Source of the DNA: an uncultured delta proteobacterium
Lineage (GTDB): Bacteria > Desulfobacterota > Binatia > UBA9968
Direction: 5' to 3'
Assembly (NCBI GenBank): GCA_963847445.1
Contig: CAWJZV010000027.1
Span: 1 to 64,000 of the forward strand
Length of the DNA stretch: 64,000 nt
The notes under the pieces were generated by a model, which ran no database searches, was not told the DNA's origin, and worked only from the letters and a program-made list of their open reading frames with translations. A program made the translations under genes and the position numbers. Shown here piece by piece: positions 9,886-19,834 of this stretch (position 1 is the stretch's first letter; each line of letters starts with the position of its first letter).

Positions 9886-10915
9886 ATGAAACGACTGCTC
9901 TTGTTGGCTGCATTGCTGTTAGTTCCGGGCGCGGAGCTGGGCGCGCAAACACCTTACTATCAGGGGAAGACCATCACTTTTATTGTCGGGTCGGGGGCCG
10001 GAACGGCCTACGATATTTACGCCCGTCTGTTGGCGAGCCATATCGGCAAGCATATTCCAGGCAATCCGACCGTGATCATGCAGAACATGCCGGCGGCCGG
10101 CGGCATCGTCGCGGCCAATTACGTCTACGCCGTCGCCAAGCCCGACGGCTTGACCATCGCGTCGATCAATCCGGCGCACTATTTCAATCAGCTGCAGGGC
10201 AACAAGGAGATCAAATTCGACTGGACGAAGTTCTCCTGGCTCGCCAGTCCGGATAAGTCGGAGCATATGCTCTACATGCGCACCGACGCGCCATATAAGA
10301 GCATGCGGGATATTCGCAACGCCAAGGAGCCGCCCAAAGTGCGGCGCCACCGGTACCGGCACCAGCGGCCATTACATTCCGCGCTTGCTCGAAGAGCTGC
10401 TCGGCACCAAGTTCAACATCGTCACCGGCTATGCCGGCGGCAATGAAATTGACATCGCCACGGAGCGCAACGAGGTCGTCTGCCGGTCATTTACCACCCA
10501 GGCTTATTTTTCTCGCGAGCCCTATCACACCTGGCGCAAAACCAATCTTGTGCGGATTCTCATGCAAACCGGCGAGAAGAAAGATCCGCAGTTGCCCGAT
10601 ACGCCGCTTCTCAGCGACCTGATGAACGAATACAAAACGCCGGAGTTGAGCCGGCGCGTCGCCACCGTCATGCTCGGTTCCGGCGAACTCGGCCGGCCGA
10701 TGGTGACCCATCCGGCGACGCCGCCGGACCGAATTAAGCTGTTGCGCGACGGTTTCATGAAAGCGATGGCCGATCCGGCGCTGCTCGAAGAGGCGAAGCA
10801 AAAGAAACTCGATATCACTCCGATTAGCGGCGAGCAGCTCACCAAGATCGCCAAGGAAGTCATCGATCAGCCGGCGGAAGTCGTCGAGCGGATTAAAAAG
10901 ATATTGGCGCAGTAA
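9886..10915 (+). CDS. Tripartite tricarboxylate transporter substrate-binding protein (TctC/Bug); frameshift near 10339
   Basis: Signal peptide, YYQGKTI, QNMPAAGG, AKPDGLT, VTGYAGG, GRP, TPPDR. Confidence 0.88.
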
Positions 10916-10948
10916 GGCAGGCAATAGGCATTAGGCAACAGGCAATAG
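10916..10948. repeat. GGCAATA heptamer tandem repeat
   Basis: ggcaggcaataggcattaggcaacaggcaatag immediately after a stop codon; second copy at 43941-43968. Confidence 0.7.
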
Positions 10949-10983
10949 CTCGGACCGATTAGTCGCGACGGTCAGGTTTACCG

Positions 10984-11928
10984 GTGACTTTGATTCTTCG
11001 ACAGTCGGAAGTATCGGGGTTGCTCGATTTGCCCCAAGCGATGGCAGTGCTCGAACAAACCTTTCGCGAACAAGCCGCGGGTACAGGTGAAACAAGTGGC
11101 GCCGCTGCGGTTTATGAATCGCGGCATGCGTTTGGTGGTGGGCGGCTTGGAGGCGCAGGATAAGAACGGTTTGCGCGTCAGTGTGACGGGTGGTGGCGCG
11201 CTGGCTTTGTTGTTTGAGATCAGCTCGGGCAAGCTGCTGTCGCTGATGGGCTACCCGTTTAGCGAGTTGCGTATCAGCGCAACTGTCGGCCTGGCCATCG
11301 AGCGCTTCACCGATGCCAAAGCTAAGACCGTGGCGATGATCGGCAGCGGCCGATTAGCGCTGCCGATTCTCGAGCCGGCCTGCGCGTTGCGTTCCATCGA
11401 GCGCGTGTTGGTTTACAGCCGCAGCGCGGAGAATCGCGAGAGTTTTGCGCGCAAAGCCGGGCTGTGCTTGAAGACTCACGGTGTCAGCGGTCGACATCGC
11501 CGCAAGCGGCGATCGAGCGAGCGGACTTCGTGCTGGTCAGCACCAACTCGCCGGCGGCGGCGCTGCACGGTCAATGGCTGCGGCCGGGGCTGGCGGTGTT
11601 TGGCATCGGCCGGCCCAATGAGTTCGACGACGAGGTTTATCTCAAGGCCAACTTGGTGAGCGTCACCAGCAAGACCCATGAACTCAATTACTACGATACG
11701 AAGCTCGATCAGCCGCTGATTCGCTTGTCACAGCAGGGAAAGCTTTCCTGGGATGGCGTCGCGGAATTTTGCGATGTCGTGACCGGCAAAGTGGCGGTGC
11801 CGGATTTGCCGCGCAGCTTGATTATTTTTCGCGATTCCCAGGGCGGTTATGGCGACTTAACCTTGGCCGCGTATGCTTACGAAGCGGCGAAGCGGCGCGG
11901 TTTGGGGCAGGAGATCAGCACGGAGTGA
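10984..11928 (+). CDS. Ornithine cyclodeaminase / mu-crystallin family protein 1 (frameshifts near 11085 and 11470)
   Basis: VTLILRQSEVSGLL start, SELRISA, IGSGRLA, VYSRS, ADFVLVST, FRDSQGGYGD, AKRRGLG. Confidence 0.8.
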
Positions 11929-11945
11929 AGAAGTAGGACCAAAGG

Positions 11946-13084
11946 ATGATAAGACTTGATAGCAAGACTTGGTGTGACCGCGTTGCTCTGCTCTCGCGAT
12001 CTCCCTGCGTTGCGCAGACCGTCGCGGCGGCGCAGGTGCGTTGGGACGATGTCCTGCGCGCGGCGGAGAAGGAAGGCGAGGTGACGGTCTATGCGACGAA
12101 TTCCGTCGGTGATTTGCCAGTTATTTGGGATGCCTTCAAGAAAAAATTTCCCAAGATCAAACTGAACTCCGTTGGCGATCAGCACCACCGCCGAGATCGT
12201 CACCAAAGTGATGGCGGAGCGGCGCGCGAGCCAGTTTCTCGTCGACGTGGTGCTCGGCGCGCCGGGGGCGACGTACAACAGTCTCCATCGCGGCAAGGCG
12301 CTCGATCCGATTGCGCCGGCGTTGATACTTGCCCGAAGTCGACGGATCTGTCGAAGTGGTGGAAAGGCAAGCACCGCTACGTCGATCCGGAAGGGCAGTA
12401 TGTCTTTGTCTATCAGAGCTCGCTCTATGGACCGCCGGTGTACCACCACACCAAACTGCTTAACCTCGATTCGATCCGCTCGGTGTGGGATCTGCTCGAT
12501 CCCAAATGGAAAGGCAAGATGATCGGCCTCTGGCCGCGCGCCAATTACGTTTCCACGGCGCTGCTGTTCATGTATCACCATCCGCAAATCGGTCCGAAGT
12601 TTCTCGAACGCTTTTACGGCGGCGAGATGGATATCACTTATTTCAGCGACTTTCGCCAGGGCACGGATTGGCTCGCCGCGGGTAAAGTATCCGCTCTGTT
12701 TTCTCTGCCGGCTGCGGCGCGCCCAGGAACAAGGGCTGCCGGTGGCGGAAATCAGCCCCTATCATTTCAAAGAAGCTCCGGGCATCGGCTCGAATAATGG
12801 CGCGATCGGCTTGATGAACAACGCAGCCGCATCCCAACGCCGCGAAAGTGTTCATCAACTGGTATCTGTCGCGCGAAGGGCAGATCGCTTTTCGCCAGGC
12901 GAATAATACGATCGAAGACGAAATCACGACGTCGATGCGCGAAGATTTGCCGCGGAGTATGTGCCCGAAGCGGCGCGGCGCAAGAAGGATGTCAACTACA
13001 TCGAAATCAGCCGCGCATGACTGGATGGAATGGAAGCCGGTGGGCGATTTGATTAACGCCGCGCGGCAGAAGTCGGGGAAATGA
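11946..13084 (+). CDS. Extracellular solute-binding protein, Fe3+/AfuA/polyamine type (several frameshifts)
   Basis: AAEKEGEVTVY, DLLDPKWKGK, and HPNAAKVFINWYLSREGQ across joined frames. Confidence 0.8.
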
Positions 13085-13088
13085 GATG

Positions 13089-13170
13089 ATTCCAGATTCC
13101 AAATTCAAAATTCACAAATTAAAGCTGCAAGCTCATTACGTTTGGAATCTGAAATTTGAAATTTGAGATT
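13089..13170. repeat. Inverted pair of heptamer tandem arrays
   Basis: ttccagattccaaattcaaaattc ... ttggaatctgaaatttgaaatttgag. Confidence 0.7.
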
Positions 13171-13192
13171 CCGAACAAAGCGAGGACAGACG

Positions 13193-14374
13193 ATGATTCC
13201 ACAGTTATCGATTCAAGAACGAGATCGGCGTTATCAACTGGTGCGCGCGGAGATGGCCAAGCGCGGCATCGATGTGTTGCTGCTGCCGGCGAACACGGGG
13301 CGCTGGGAGCAGCTGCAAGGCGACTCGCGTTATTTAACTTCCATCGGCGGTTTCGCCACCGAGATGTTTACGGTTTTCCCCGCGCAGGGCGAGGTCACGT
13401 CGTATGTTTTCAATCGCGCCAGCTGGTGGCAGAAGGCGCAGAATTGGGTGAGCGGACGTGCGCGACGGGCGCAACCGCTGGAGTCAGAACGCCATCGAGC
13501 GCATCAAAGAATTGGGTCTCGACAAGGGCACCATCGGCATTTCCGGTCTTGCCGGTTTGGTGCGCGCGCCGGAGGGGATCATTCCCTATACTTCGGTGAA
13601 GAACATTCAAGAAGCGTTTCCCCAAGCCAAGATGGTCAACGCCACCGATATGATGCAGGAGATTCGCGCCATCAAGAGCGCCGAGGAAGTGTCTATGCTG
13701 GAACGCTCCGCGGCGATTATCGAGAAAGCCATTGACGCGATGAAGCAAACCGCCAAGCCGGGCGTGAGCGAAAAAGAAGTCTACGCGACCATGCTGCATG
13801 CCATGCTTTCCAACGGCGGTGAGTTGCCGACATTGTTTTTTCTCAGCGCCGGGCCCAATCTGTTCAATAGCTCTTTTGTGCCCACCGACTACGTGATTCA
13901 GAACGGTGACAATCTTGTCGGTGAGATCGAAGCCAAATATGGCGGCTATGCGGCGCAAGCGGTGAGCCCGGCGGTGGTCGGTAAACCCGATCCGGCTTAT
14001 CAAGCGATGGTCGAAGGTGTCGCGCACCTGTTTCGATGCGATTCTCGCTGCCATGAAACCAGGCGTGACTTTCGGCACGTTGTTCGACATCTACACCAAG
14101 ACCGTCGAGGGCGCGGGACCCTATTCTTGGAACCATCCGATGATGCACGCGCGCGGGCTCGGCGACGATGGGCCGGCGCTGATGGGCGACAAGGATCTTG
14201 AGCGATTTGCCAAGATTGAGCTGCAAGGCCGGCATGACTTTCATACTCAAACCGCAAGTGCGGCCGACCCAGGGCAAGGGCCGCGCCAGCGTCGGCGATA
14301 CCGTGACGGTGACCGAAAACGGCGCGCGCCGCTTGGGCAAGCGCGATATGAAATTGGTTGTGATCGATGTTTAG
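13193..14374 (+). CDS. M24 / creatinase (pita-bread fold) family protein 1; frameshifts near 13455, 14015 and 14225
   Basis: ERDRRY, RAIKSAEE, KPGVSE, GEIEAKYGGYAAQ, MHARGLGDDGP, GMTFILKP, VGDTVTVTENG. Confidence 0.85.
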
Positions 14375-14504
14375 ACTGCGGAAAGATCGGAGCATCCTTC
14401 AACGGCGCAAAGGACGAGAGCACAAGGTTCGAACAAAAATTGGCTTCGTAGTGGCGGCCTTCGTGGTGACACCGTCCTCTTGTGTCATCTCGGAAATATA
14501 CTTC

Positions 14505-15722
14505 ATGGCTGAACTTTATCCCTATCCGCGTTTTTCCCTCGCTGAGCGCGACCGGCGCTGGCAGGCGGTGCGCGAGTTGATGCGCCAGCAGAATCTCGAC
14601 GTCATCGTCACGCCGCAGAACAGCGGCCATTCGGCGGACTATCAAGCCAACACGCGCTATCTGACTCACTGCGGCGGCGGCGAGCCGGATTTGGCGGCGG
14701 TATTTCCACTAGAAGGCGCGGTGACGGCGATCGCGACTTCCGCCGGGCCGCGTTGGCCGACGGTGCAGGATTGGGTGACCGATGTGCGCGAGGCGCGGCG
14801 CAATTACGGCAAGGTGATCGTCGAGCGTTTGAAGGAATTAGGCGTCGATCATGGGCGGATCGGCATTACCGGTCTCGGCGAGGTCGAGGGCACGCGCACG
14901 CCGGAAGGGACGATCTTTTACGGCACCTGGAAGCAGATTCGCGAAGCCTTTCCCCATGCGCAACTGGTCGACGCCACGGCGATCCTCGACGAAGTGCGCT
15001 ATGTCAAAAGTCAGGAAGAGATCGACGTGCTTGCCAAGTCGATGGAGATCAATGAGCTCGCCGTTCAAGCAGAGATCGAAGCGGCCAAGGTCGGCGTCAA
15101 GGATTGGGAAGTGTGGGCGGCGATGCATTACGCCATGACGCGCAACGGCTCCGAGCTGCCGGTGCATTGTTTTTGGGTGTCGGGAAAAAATCCCAAGCGC
15201 ACCCTGACCCGGCCGAGCATGCGGTTGCTGGAGCGCGGCGACGCGATCATCAACGAGATCGAAGCGTCGTGGATCGGCTATCGCGCCCAAGCGGTGCAGC
15301 CGGTCTATGTCGAAGTCATCGATCCGGTTCAAGCCGAACTGGTCAAAGTGCAGCGGGAGGTTTTCAATCGCGTAGTGGAAAACTTGAAGCCGGGCGTCAC
15401 CGTCGGCGAACTCGCCGAGTTGACCAAGTCGACGGCGCAAAGCGCCGCGCCGAAAATCGGCCCGGCGGCGGGGGCGCGCGGCGAACTCAACATGCACGGG
15501 CGCGGCCAGGGCGACGATGGACCGATCATCACGCCCCACGCCAAGAGCCCGCGCCAGTTGGCGGTGGCGATGCGCGAGAATATGGTTTTCATCTGCAAGC
15601 CGTCGGCGATTTCGGCGGACGGCGAGTATATTTGCCAGTGGGGCGATACCGTGGTCGTGACCAAGAACGGCGGCCGGCGGCTCGGCAAACGGGCGCATGA
15701 ACTTGCGGTTACGCGGACGTAA
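14505..15722 (+). CDS. M24 / creatinase (pita-bread fold) family protein 2
   Basis: ERDRRW, RYVKSQEE, NEIEASWIGYRAQ, MHGRGQGDDGP, NMVFICKP, WGDTVVVTKNG. Confidence 0.88.
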   Translation: MAELYPYPRFSLAERDRRWQAVRELMRQQNLDVIVTPQNSGHSADYQANTRYLTHCGGGEPDLAAVFPLEGAVTAIATSAGPRWPTVQDWVTDVREARRNYGKVIVERLKELGVDHGRIGITGLGEVEGTRTPEGTIFYGTWKQIREAFPHAQLVDATAILDEVRYVKSQEEIDVLAKSMEINELAVQAEIEAAKVGVKDWEVWAAMHYAMTRNGSELPVHCFWVSGKNPKRTLTRPSMRLLERGDAIINEIEASWIGYRAQAVQPVYVEVIDPVQAELVKVQREVFNRVVENLKPGVTVGELAELTKSTAQSAAPKIGPAAGARGELNMHGRGQGDDGPIITPHAKSPRQLAVAMRENMVFICKPSAISADGEYICQWGDTVVVTKNGGRRLGKRAHELAVTRT

Positions 15723-15727
15723 CCGCG

Positions 15728-15880
15728 GTTCCAAACGTTCCAATCGTTCAAGTCGTTCAACCCCCACCTTCATCCTCCCCCGCGAGTGCGGGGGAGGAAA
15801 GAGCCGGAGCGTACACGGTTTGAAACCTCCGATACGATTTGAACGGAGCGTAGCGATTGAACGGCTTGAACGATTGGAAC
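15728..15880. repeat. GTTC(A/C)A 9-mer inverted tandem element enclosing a hairpin repeat
   Basis: gttccaaacgttccaatcgttcaagtcgttcaa ... ttgaacggagcgtagcgattgaacggcttgaacgattggaac; internal cctcccccgc...gcgggggagg. Confidence 0.8.
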
Positions 15881-15901
15881 GTATTCAAAGCGGAGAGATA
15901 T

Positions 15902-16864
15902 ATGCCTCTATTACTAAGTCGGGATGAATTGACGCCGTTGCTCGATCTACCGAAGGCAATCGAGCTGATCGAGGATGCGCATCGGCAGCAGGCGGTGGGG
16001 CTGATTGTCGCGCATGCGCCGTACAATATCACTGTCGGGCCGGGCAAAACCTTGCGCATCGTCTCCGGCGCGGTGCTCAAGCAAAAGCGTGTCGGTGTGC
16101 GCCTGGGGCCGAACAGCGGGCTTGGCGGCGGCGATAAGATGTATGCGACGTTGTTCGATGCTGAGAGCGGGGAGCTGTTGTCGTTCATGGGCTTTCCATT
16201 CGGCACGCTGCGCACGGCGGCGGTGGTGGCCATTGCGGCCAAGCATATGGCGCGGGAGGATTCTAAGAAACTCGGCCTATTCGGCGTCGGCCGCAATGCA
16301 TTCGGCATTCTCAAGGCGCTGCAAACTGTGCGCCCGATCAAAGAGATCTATGTGTCGAGCCGGGACCCCGAGCGGCGCAAGAAGTTTTGCGCTGAGGGCG
16401 AGCAGTTGCTCGGCATCAGCGTGCGCGGCGTCGACAAGCCGGAACAGGCGGTGCGCGGCATGGACGTGATTTTGACGGCGACCAACTCGTTGACGCCGAT
16501 CTTTCCCGAGGATTGGGTCGAAGCCGGCACCCATGTGAGCAGCATGGGCAAGCCGACGGAGATCAGCCGGGATTTGCACTTGAAAGCCGGGCGCACCGTG
16601 GTCGGCAGCCAGGAGCAAGAGCGCGAGTATGCCGATAAGTCGGCGGCACTGCCGCTGGTCGAACTCGTGAGCGAAGGGAAACTTTCTTGGAGCCGTATTC
16701 CCGAGTTGGGCGACTTGATCGCGGGCCACGCGGTGGGGCGCGCGAGCCGCGATGAAATCAATATTTTTCGCGAATCCCAAGGCGGTTACGGCGATATGGC
16801 GTTTGCGGCGTGGCTTTACGATGAAGCGGTGCGGCGCGGGCTGGGCAAGAAAATGGATCTCTGA
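15902..16864 (+). CDS. Ornithine cyclodeaminase / mu-crystallin family protein 2
   Basis: LLLSRDEL, GTLRTAA, FGVGRNA, DVILTAT, GTHVSSMG, FRESQGGYGD. Confidence 0.88.
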   Translation: MPLLLSRDELTPLLDLPKAIELIEDAHRQQAVGLIVAHAPYNITVGPGKTLRIVSGAVLKQKRVGVRLGPNSGLGGGDKMYATLFDAESGELLSFMGFPFGTLRTAAVVAIAAKHMAREDSKKLGLFGVGRNAFGILKALQTVRPIKEIYVSSRDPERRKKFCAEGEQLLGISVRGVDKPEQAVRGMDVILTATNSLTPIFPEDWVEAGTHVSSMGKPTEISRDLHLKAGRTVVGSQEQEREYADKSAALPLVELVSEGKLSWSRIPELGDLIAGHAVGRASRDEINIFRESQGGYGDMAFAAWLYDEAVRRGLGKKMDL

Positions 16865-16869
16865 CACTT

Positions 16870-16948
16870 GTTCAAGGGTTCAAGGTTCAAAAGTTCAAGG
16901 TCGGAGGAACGAAGTGTTCCAGGGGTTCCACATGTTCCAAAGGTTCCA
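16870..16948. repeat. GTTCAA/GTTCCA tandem arrays
   Basis: gttcaagggttcaaggttcaaaagttcaag and gttccaggggttccacatgttccaaaggttccag. Confidence 0.7.
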
Positions 16949-16974
16949 GTTGTTAGGCTCAGGGGAGAATTGCC

Positions 16975-18031
16975 ATGACTAATTCGAGATTACTGTTGAC
17001 GCTGTGTACTTTGCTTATCGGGCTTGTGCTTTTGACCGTCGATGGATTTGCCCAGACGCGGGCGCAGCTAATCGATGGGGCTAAGAAGGAAGGGCAGCTG
17101 ATTCTTAGCTGGGGCACCGGCACCATGGGCGGCATCGAGGGGGCGGCGGCGCTGGAGAAAGCGTTCAACAAGACCTATGGATTGAACTTGCAATTCAAAT
17201 ACACTCCGGGTCCGGCGATGCCGCAGTTTGCCAGCCGGATCATTCAAGAGGCCAAAGCCGGCCAGCCGTCATCGACCGATTTGTATGTCGGTTCGGAAAA
17301 TCATGTCGCGCGCATGTCGCTTAAAAGCGTCGACTGGAGCAAGACCTTCAACCATATTACCGCCCGCGATGATCGATTTCGACAATAAGGTCTTGATCGT
17401 GACGACGCGGACACCGGGGTTCACGTACAACTCGAAAATGGTTGTCGGCAAGGATATCCCGCAGCGGGTCGAGGATGTGCTCAATCCCAAGTGGAAGGGC
17501 AAGATCGCCTCGACCCCATACGCGGCGTCCTTCGACCGCCTTGCGATGATCTGGGGCGAAGACAAAACTACAGCGTTCTTGGAGAAATTCGTTAAGCAGG
17601 TCGCTGGGCTGATTCGCTGCGGCGAAGACGACCGCATCGCCGCCGGCGAGTTCGCCATGCTGGTCTTCAACTGCGATCTCGCGGCGCCGCAGGAGGCGAA
17701 AGAGAAAGGCGGTCCGGTGGACGGCCAGGTTTTTCGCGACGCCGGAATTCTTTCCTACTGGTACGTGACCGTGCCGAGCAACGCGCGCAACCCCAACGCG
17801 GCAACTTTGCTGGCAGCGTTTCTACTGAGCAAAGAAGGCCAGGACATCCTTTATAACACCGAGCGCAGCAGCTCTCATCTGGTCAAGGGCACGCCAATGC
17901 AAAAATTTGTCGTCGACCAGGAAAAGCGCGGCGTGAAGTTCACGGCTTATTCGGTGTCGGAGGTCTTCAAGAACGCCGAGGATCACAGCCGCATCCGGCA
18001 AAAGTTTCAAAAGATCTTGGCCGGGAACTGA
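16975..18031 (+). CDS. ABC substrate-binding protein, Fe3+/polyamine type (frameshift near 17360)
   Basis: Signal peptide, GAKKEGQL, DVLNPKWKGK, NPNAATLLAAFLLSKEGQ. Confidence 0.85.
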
Positions 18032-18042
18032 AGCAAGATGCT

Positions 18043-18120
18043 TGGAGTAACGGAGTATTGGATTATTGGAGTGTTGGTTTTTAAGACAACACACGACACT
18101 CCGTTACTCCAACTCTCCCC
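18043..18120. repeat. Inverted octamer arrays (GGAGTAAT-type)
   Basis: ggagtaacggagtattggattattggagtgttgg ... cactccgttactccaactctcc; relative at about 57674-57750. Confidence 0.7.
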
Positions 18121-18133
18121 TCGGAGCCAGGTC

Positions 18134-19834
18134 TTGAAAGGCCGCTGGTTGTTTGTCGCCGTGTCGGTGGCGAGTTTGCTGCCGGTGCTGGCGTTTCTGC
18201 TGATCATCTTTTGGATGGGATTTTGGCAGGGGAGTCCGGGCGATCCGGTCGTCTACACGCTTAAGCATTATCGCGAGCTGTTCACCGACGGCTCCACCTA
18301 TCGCACGCTGCTCAATACAATAGGTTTCGCGACCACGACGGTTATAGTCGCGCTGTTTTTCGCCGTGCCGACGGCATGGTTGGTCGAGCGCACGGATTTG
18401 CCCGGCAAGAATCTAATTTATGCGCTGGTGACCATCGGCGCGCTGGTGCCGACATTTTTCACCTCCATGGGCTGGGTGTTTTTGCTTCATCCGCGCATCG
18501 GCATCATTAACAAATATTTGATGGAGCTGTTCGGTCTGGAGCGGGCGCCGTTCAATATCGCCACGCTGGTCGGCATGGGCTGGGTCGAGGGGTTGGGGCT
18601 CTCTTCCATCGCCTTTATCATGATCGTCGCGACCTATCGCAGCATGGACCCGGCGCTGGAGGAGGCTGCCCGCGTGCATGGCTTGGGCATCCTGCGCACG
18701 CTGCGCTATGTCACTCTGCCGCTGACGTTTCCCGGTATCATCGCCGCATCGATCTATGTCTTCACCATTGGTTTATCGGCCTTTGAAGTGCCGGCGATCA
18801 TCGGCATGTCGAACAAGATCTTTACCTTCTCGACTTTTATCTTCTACAAGATCCAACCGCAGGAAGAGCTGCCAAGCTACGGCATGGCCGGGGCGGTGAG
18901 CAGCCTGTTGGTCGTCTTGGCGCTGCTATTGAGCTGGGGCTATTTTCGCACGTTGAAGTTTTCCCATCGCTACGCGGTGGTCACAGGCAAGGGATACAGG
19001 CCGCGGTTGGTAGAGTTGGGCCGGCGCGGCTGGTTTTTGGCATGGCTATTCCTGGGCAGCTTCTTCACCATTGCCAAGTTGTTGCCATTTCTCCTGCTGA
19101 TCTGGGCCTCGCTCTTGGGCTATTTCCAGCCGCCGTCTTGGGAGGCGTTGGAGCAAGTCTCGCTCAAAAACTTTTACAGCCTGCCATGGGGTCTGCTGTT
19201 CCACGGCGCCTGGAATACGGTGCTGCTGATGGTGACGGTGCCGACCTTGACGCTGCTTTTATGCTTGGCGATTTCCTGGACCGTGCTGCGTTCGGGACTC
19301 AAGTGGCGCGTGATCTTCGATGCCGTGGCGTTTTTACCCCACGCCGTGCCGAATCTGATCCTGGCCATCGCCGCGGTGTTCGCTGCGCTGTTTCTATTGC
19401 GCGATGTGGTTTCGCTCTACGGCAGTTTGGCGATTCTGATTATCGTTTACACCATCAGCCGGATCAGTTTTGCCACCCGCATCATCAATAATTCCTTGGC
19501 GCAGATTCATCCGGAGCTGGAAGAGGCGGCGTTTGTCGGCGGCTTGCCGCTCTGGCAGGTGATGCGCAAGATCTTGCTGCCGCTATTGCGGCCGGCGCTG
19601 GTTTACGCCTGGCTATGGATGGCGCTGCTATGCTTTCGCGAGCTGACGATGGCTTCGGTGTTGGTAACCAGCCAGGGCAACATCACGCTGCCGATGATCG
19701 TTTGGGGTTTGTGGCTGGGCGGCAGTCTGAACCAAGCGGCGGCGGCGAATCTCGTCGTGCTCGCCTTCATGCTGCCGGCGGTGGTTGTTTATCTATACTA
19801 CGGCCGGCGCAGCCGTTTCACCGAGGCGTCGTGA
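18134..19834 (+). CDS. ABC permease with two fused TM domains (FbpB/ThiP-like); start uncertain
   Basis: AWLVERTDLPG; two EAA loops DPALEEAARVHG and HPELEEAAFVGG; VVTGKG linker. Confidence 0.9.
   Translation: MKGRWLFVAVSVASLLPVLAFLLIIFWMGFWQGSPGDPVVYTLKHYRELFTDGSTYRTLLNTIGFATTTVIVALFFAVPTAWLVERTDLPGKNLIYALVTIGALVPTFFTSMGWVFLLHPRIGIINKYLMELFGLERAPFNIATLVGMGWVEGLGLSSIAFIMIVATYRSMDPALEEAARVHGLGILRTLRYVTLPLTFPGIIAASIYVFTIGLSAFEVPAIIGMSNKIFTFSTFIFYKIQPQEELPSYGMAGAVSSLLVVLALLLSWGYFRTLKFSHRYAVVTGKGYRPRLVELGRRGWFLAWLFLGSFFTIAKLLPFLLLIWASLLGYFQPPSWEALEQVSLKNFYSLPWGLLFHGAWNTVLLMVTVPTLTLLLCLAISWTVLRSGLKWRVIFDAVAFLPHAVPNLILAIAAVFAALFLLRDVVSLYGSLAILIIVYTISRISFATRIINNSLAQIHPELEEAAFVGGLPLWQVMRKILLPLLRPALVYAWLWMALLCFRELTMASVLVTSQGNITLPMIVWGLWLGGSLNQAAAANLVVLAFMLPAVVVYLYYGRRSRFTEAS

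Noticed and set aside
14838-15773. Long antisense ORFs (also 26348-27355, 31759-32643, 6265-7068)
   Set aside because: They are shadows of well-supported genes in GC-rich DNA with no recognisable motifs
15728-15880. GTTCAA arrays as CRISPR repeats
   Set aside because: Period is 7-9 nt, there are no unique 30-40-nt spacers, and no cas genes are present
15857-15901. Recurring peptides such as MNGLNDWN, LERLER and WIPAFAGMT as a small-protein family
   Set aside because: They are translations of the intergenic DNA repeats in arbitrary frames
10984-16864. Calling the cluster ectoine catabolism (eutCD)
   Set aside because: No eutB/eutE/doeCD or Ehu/Ueh transporter is present and the motifs differ; kept only as an analogy
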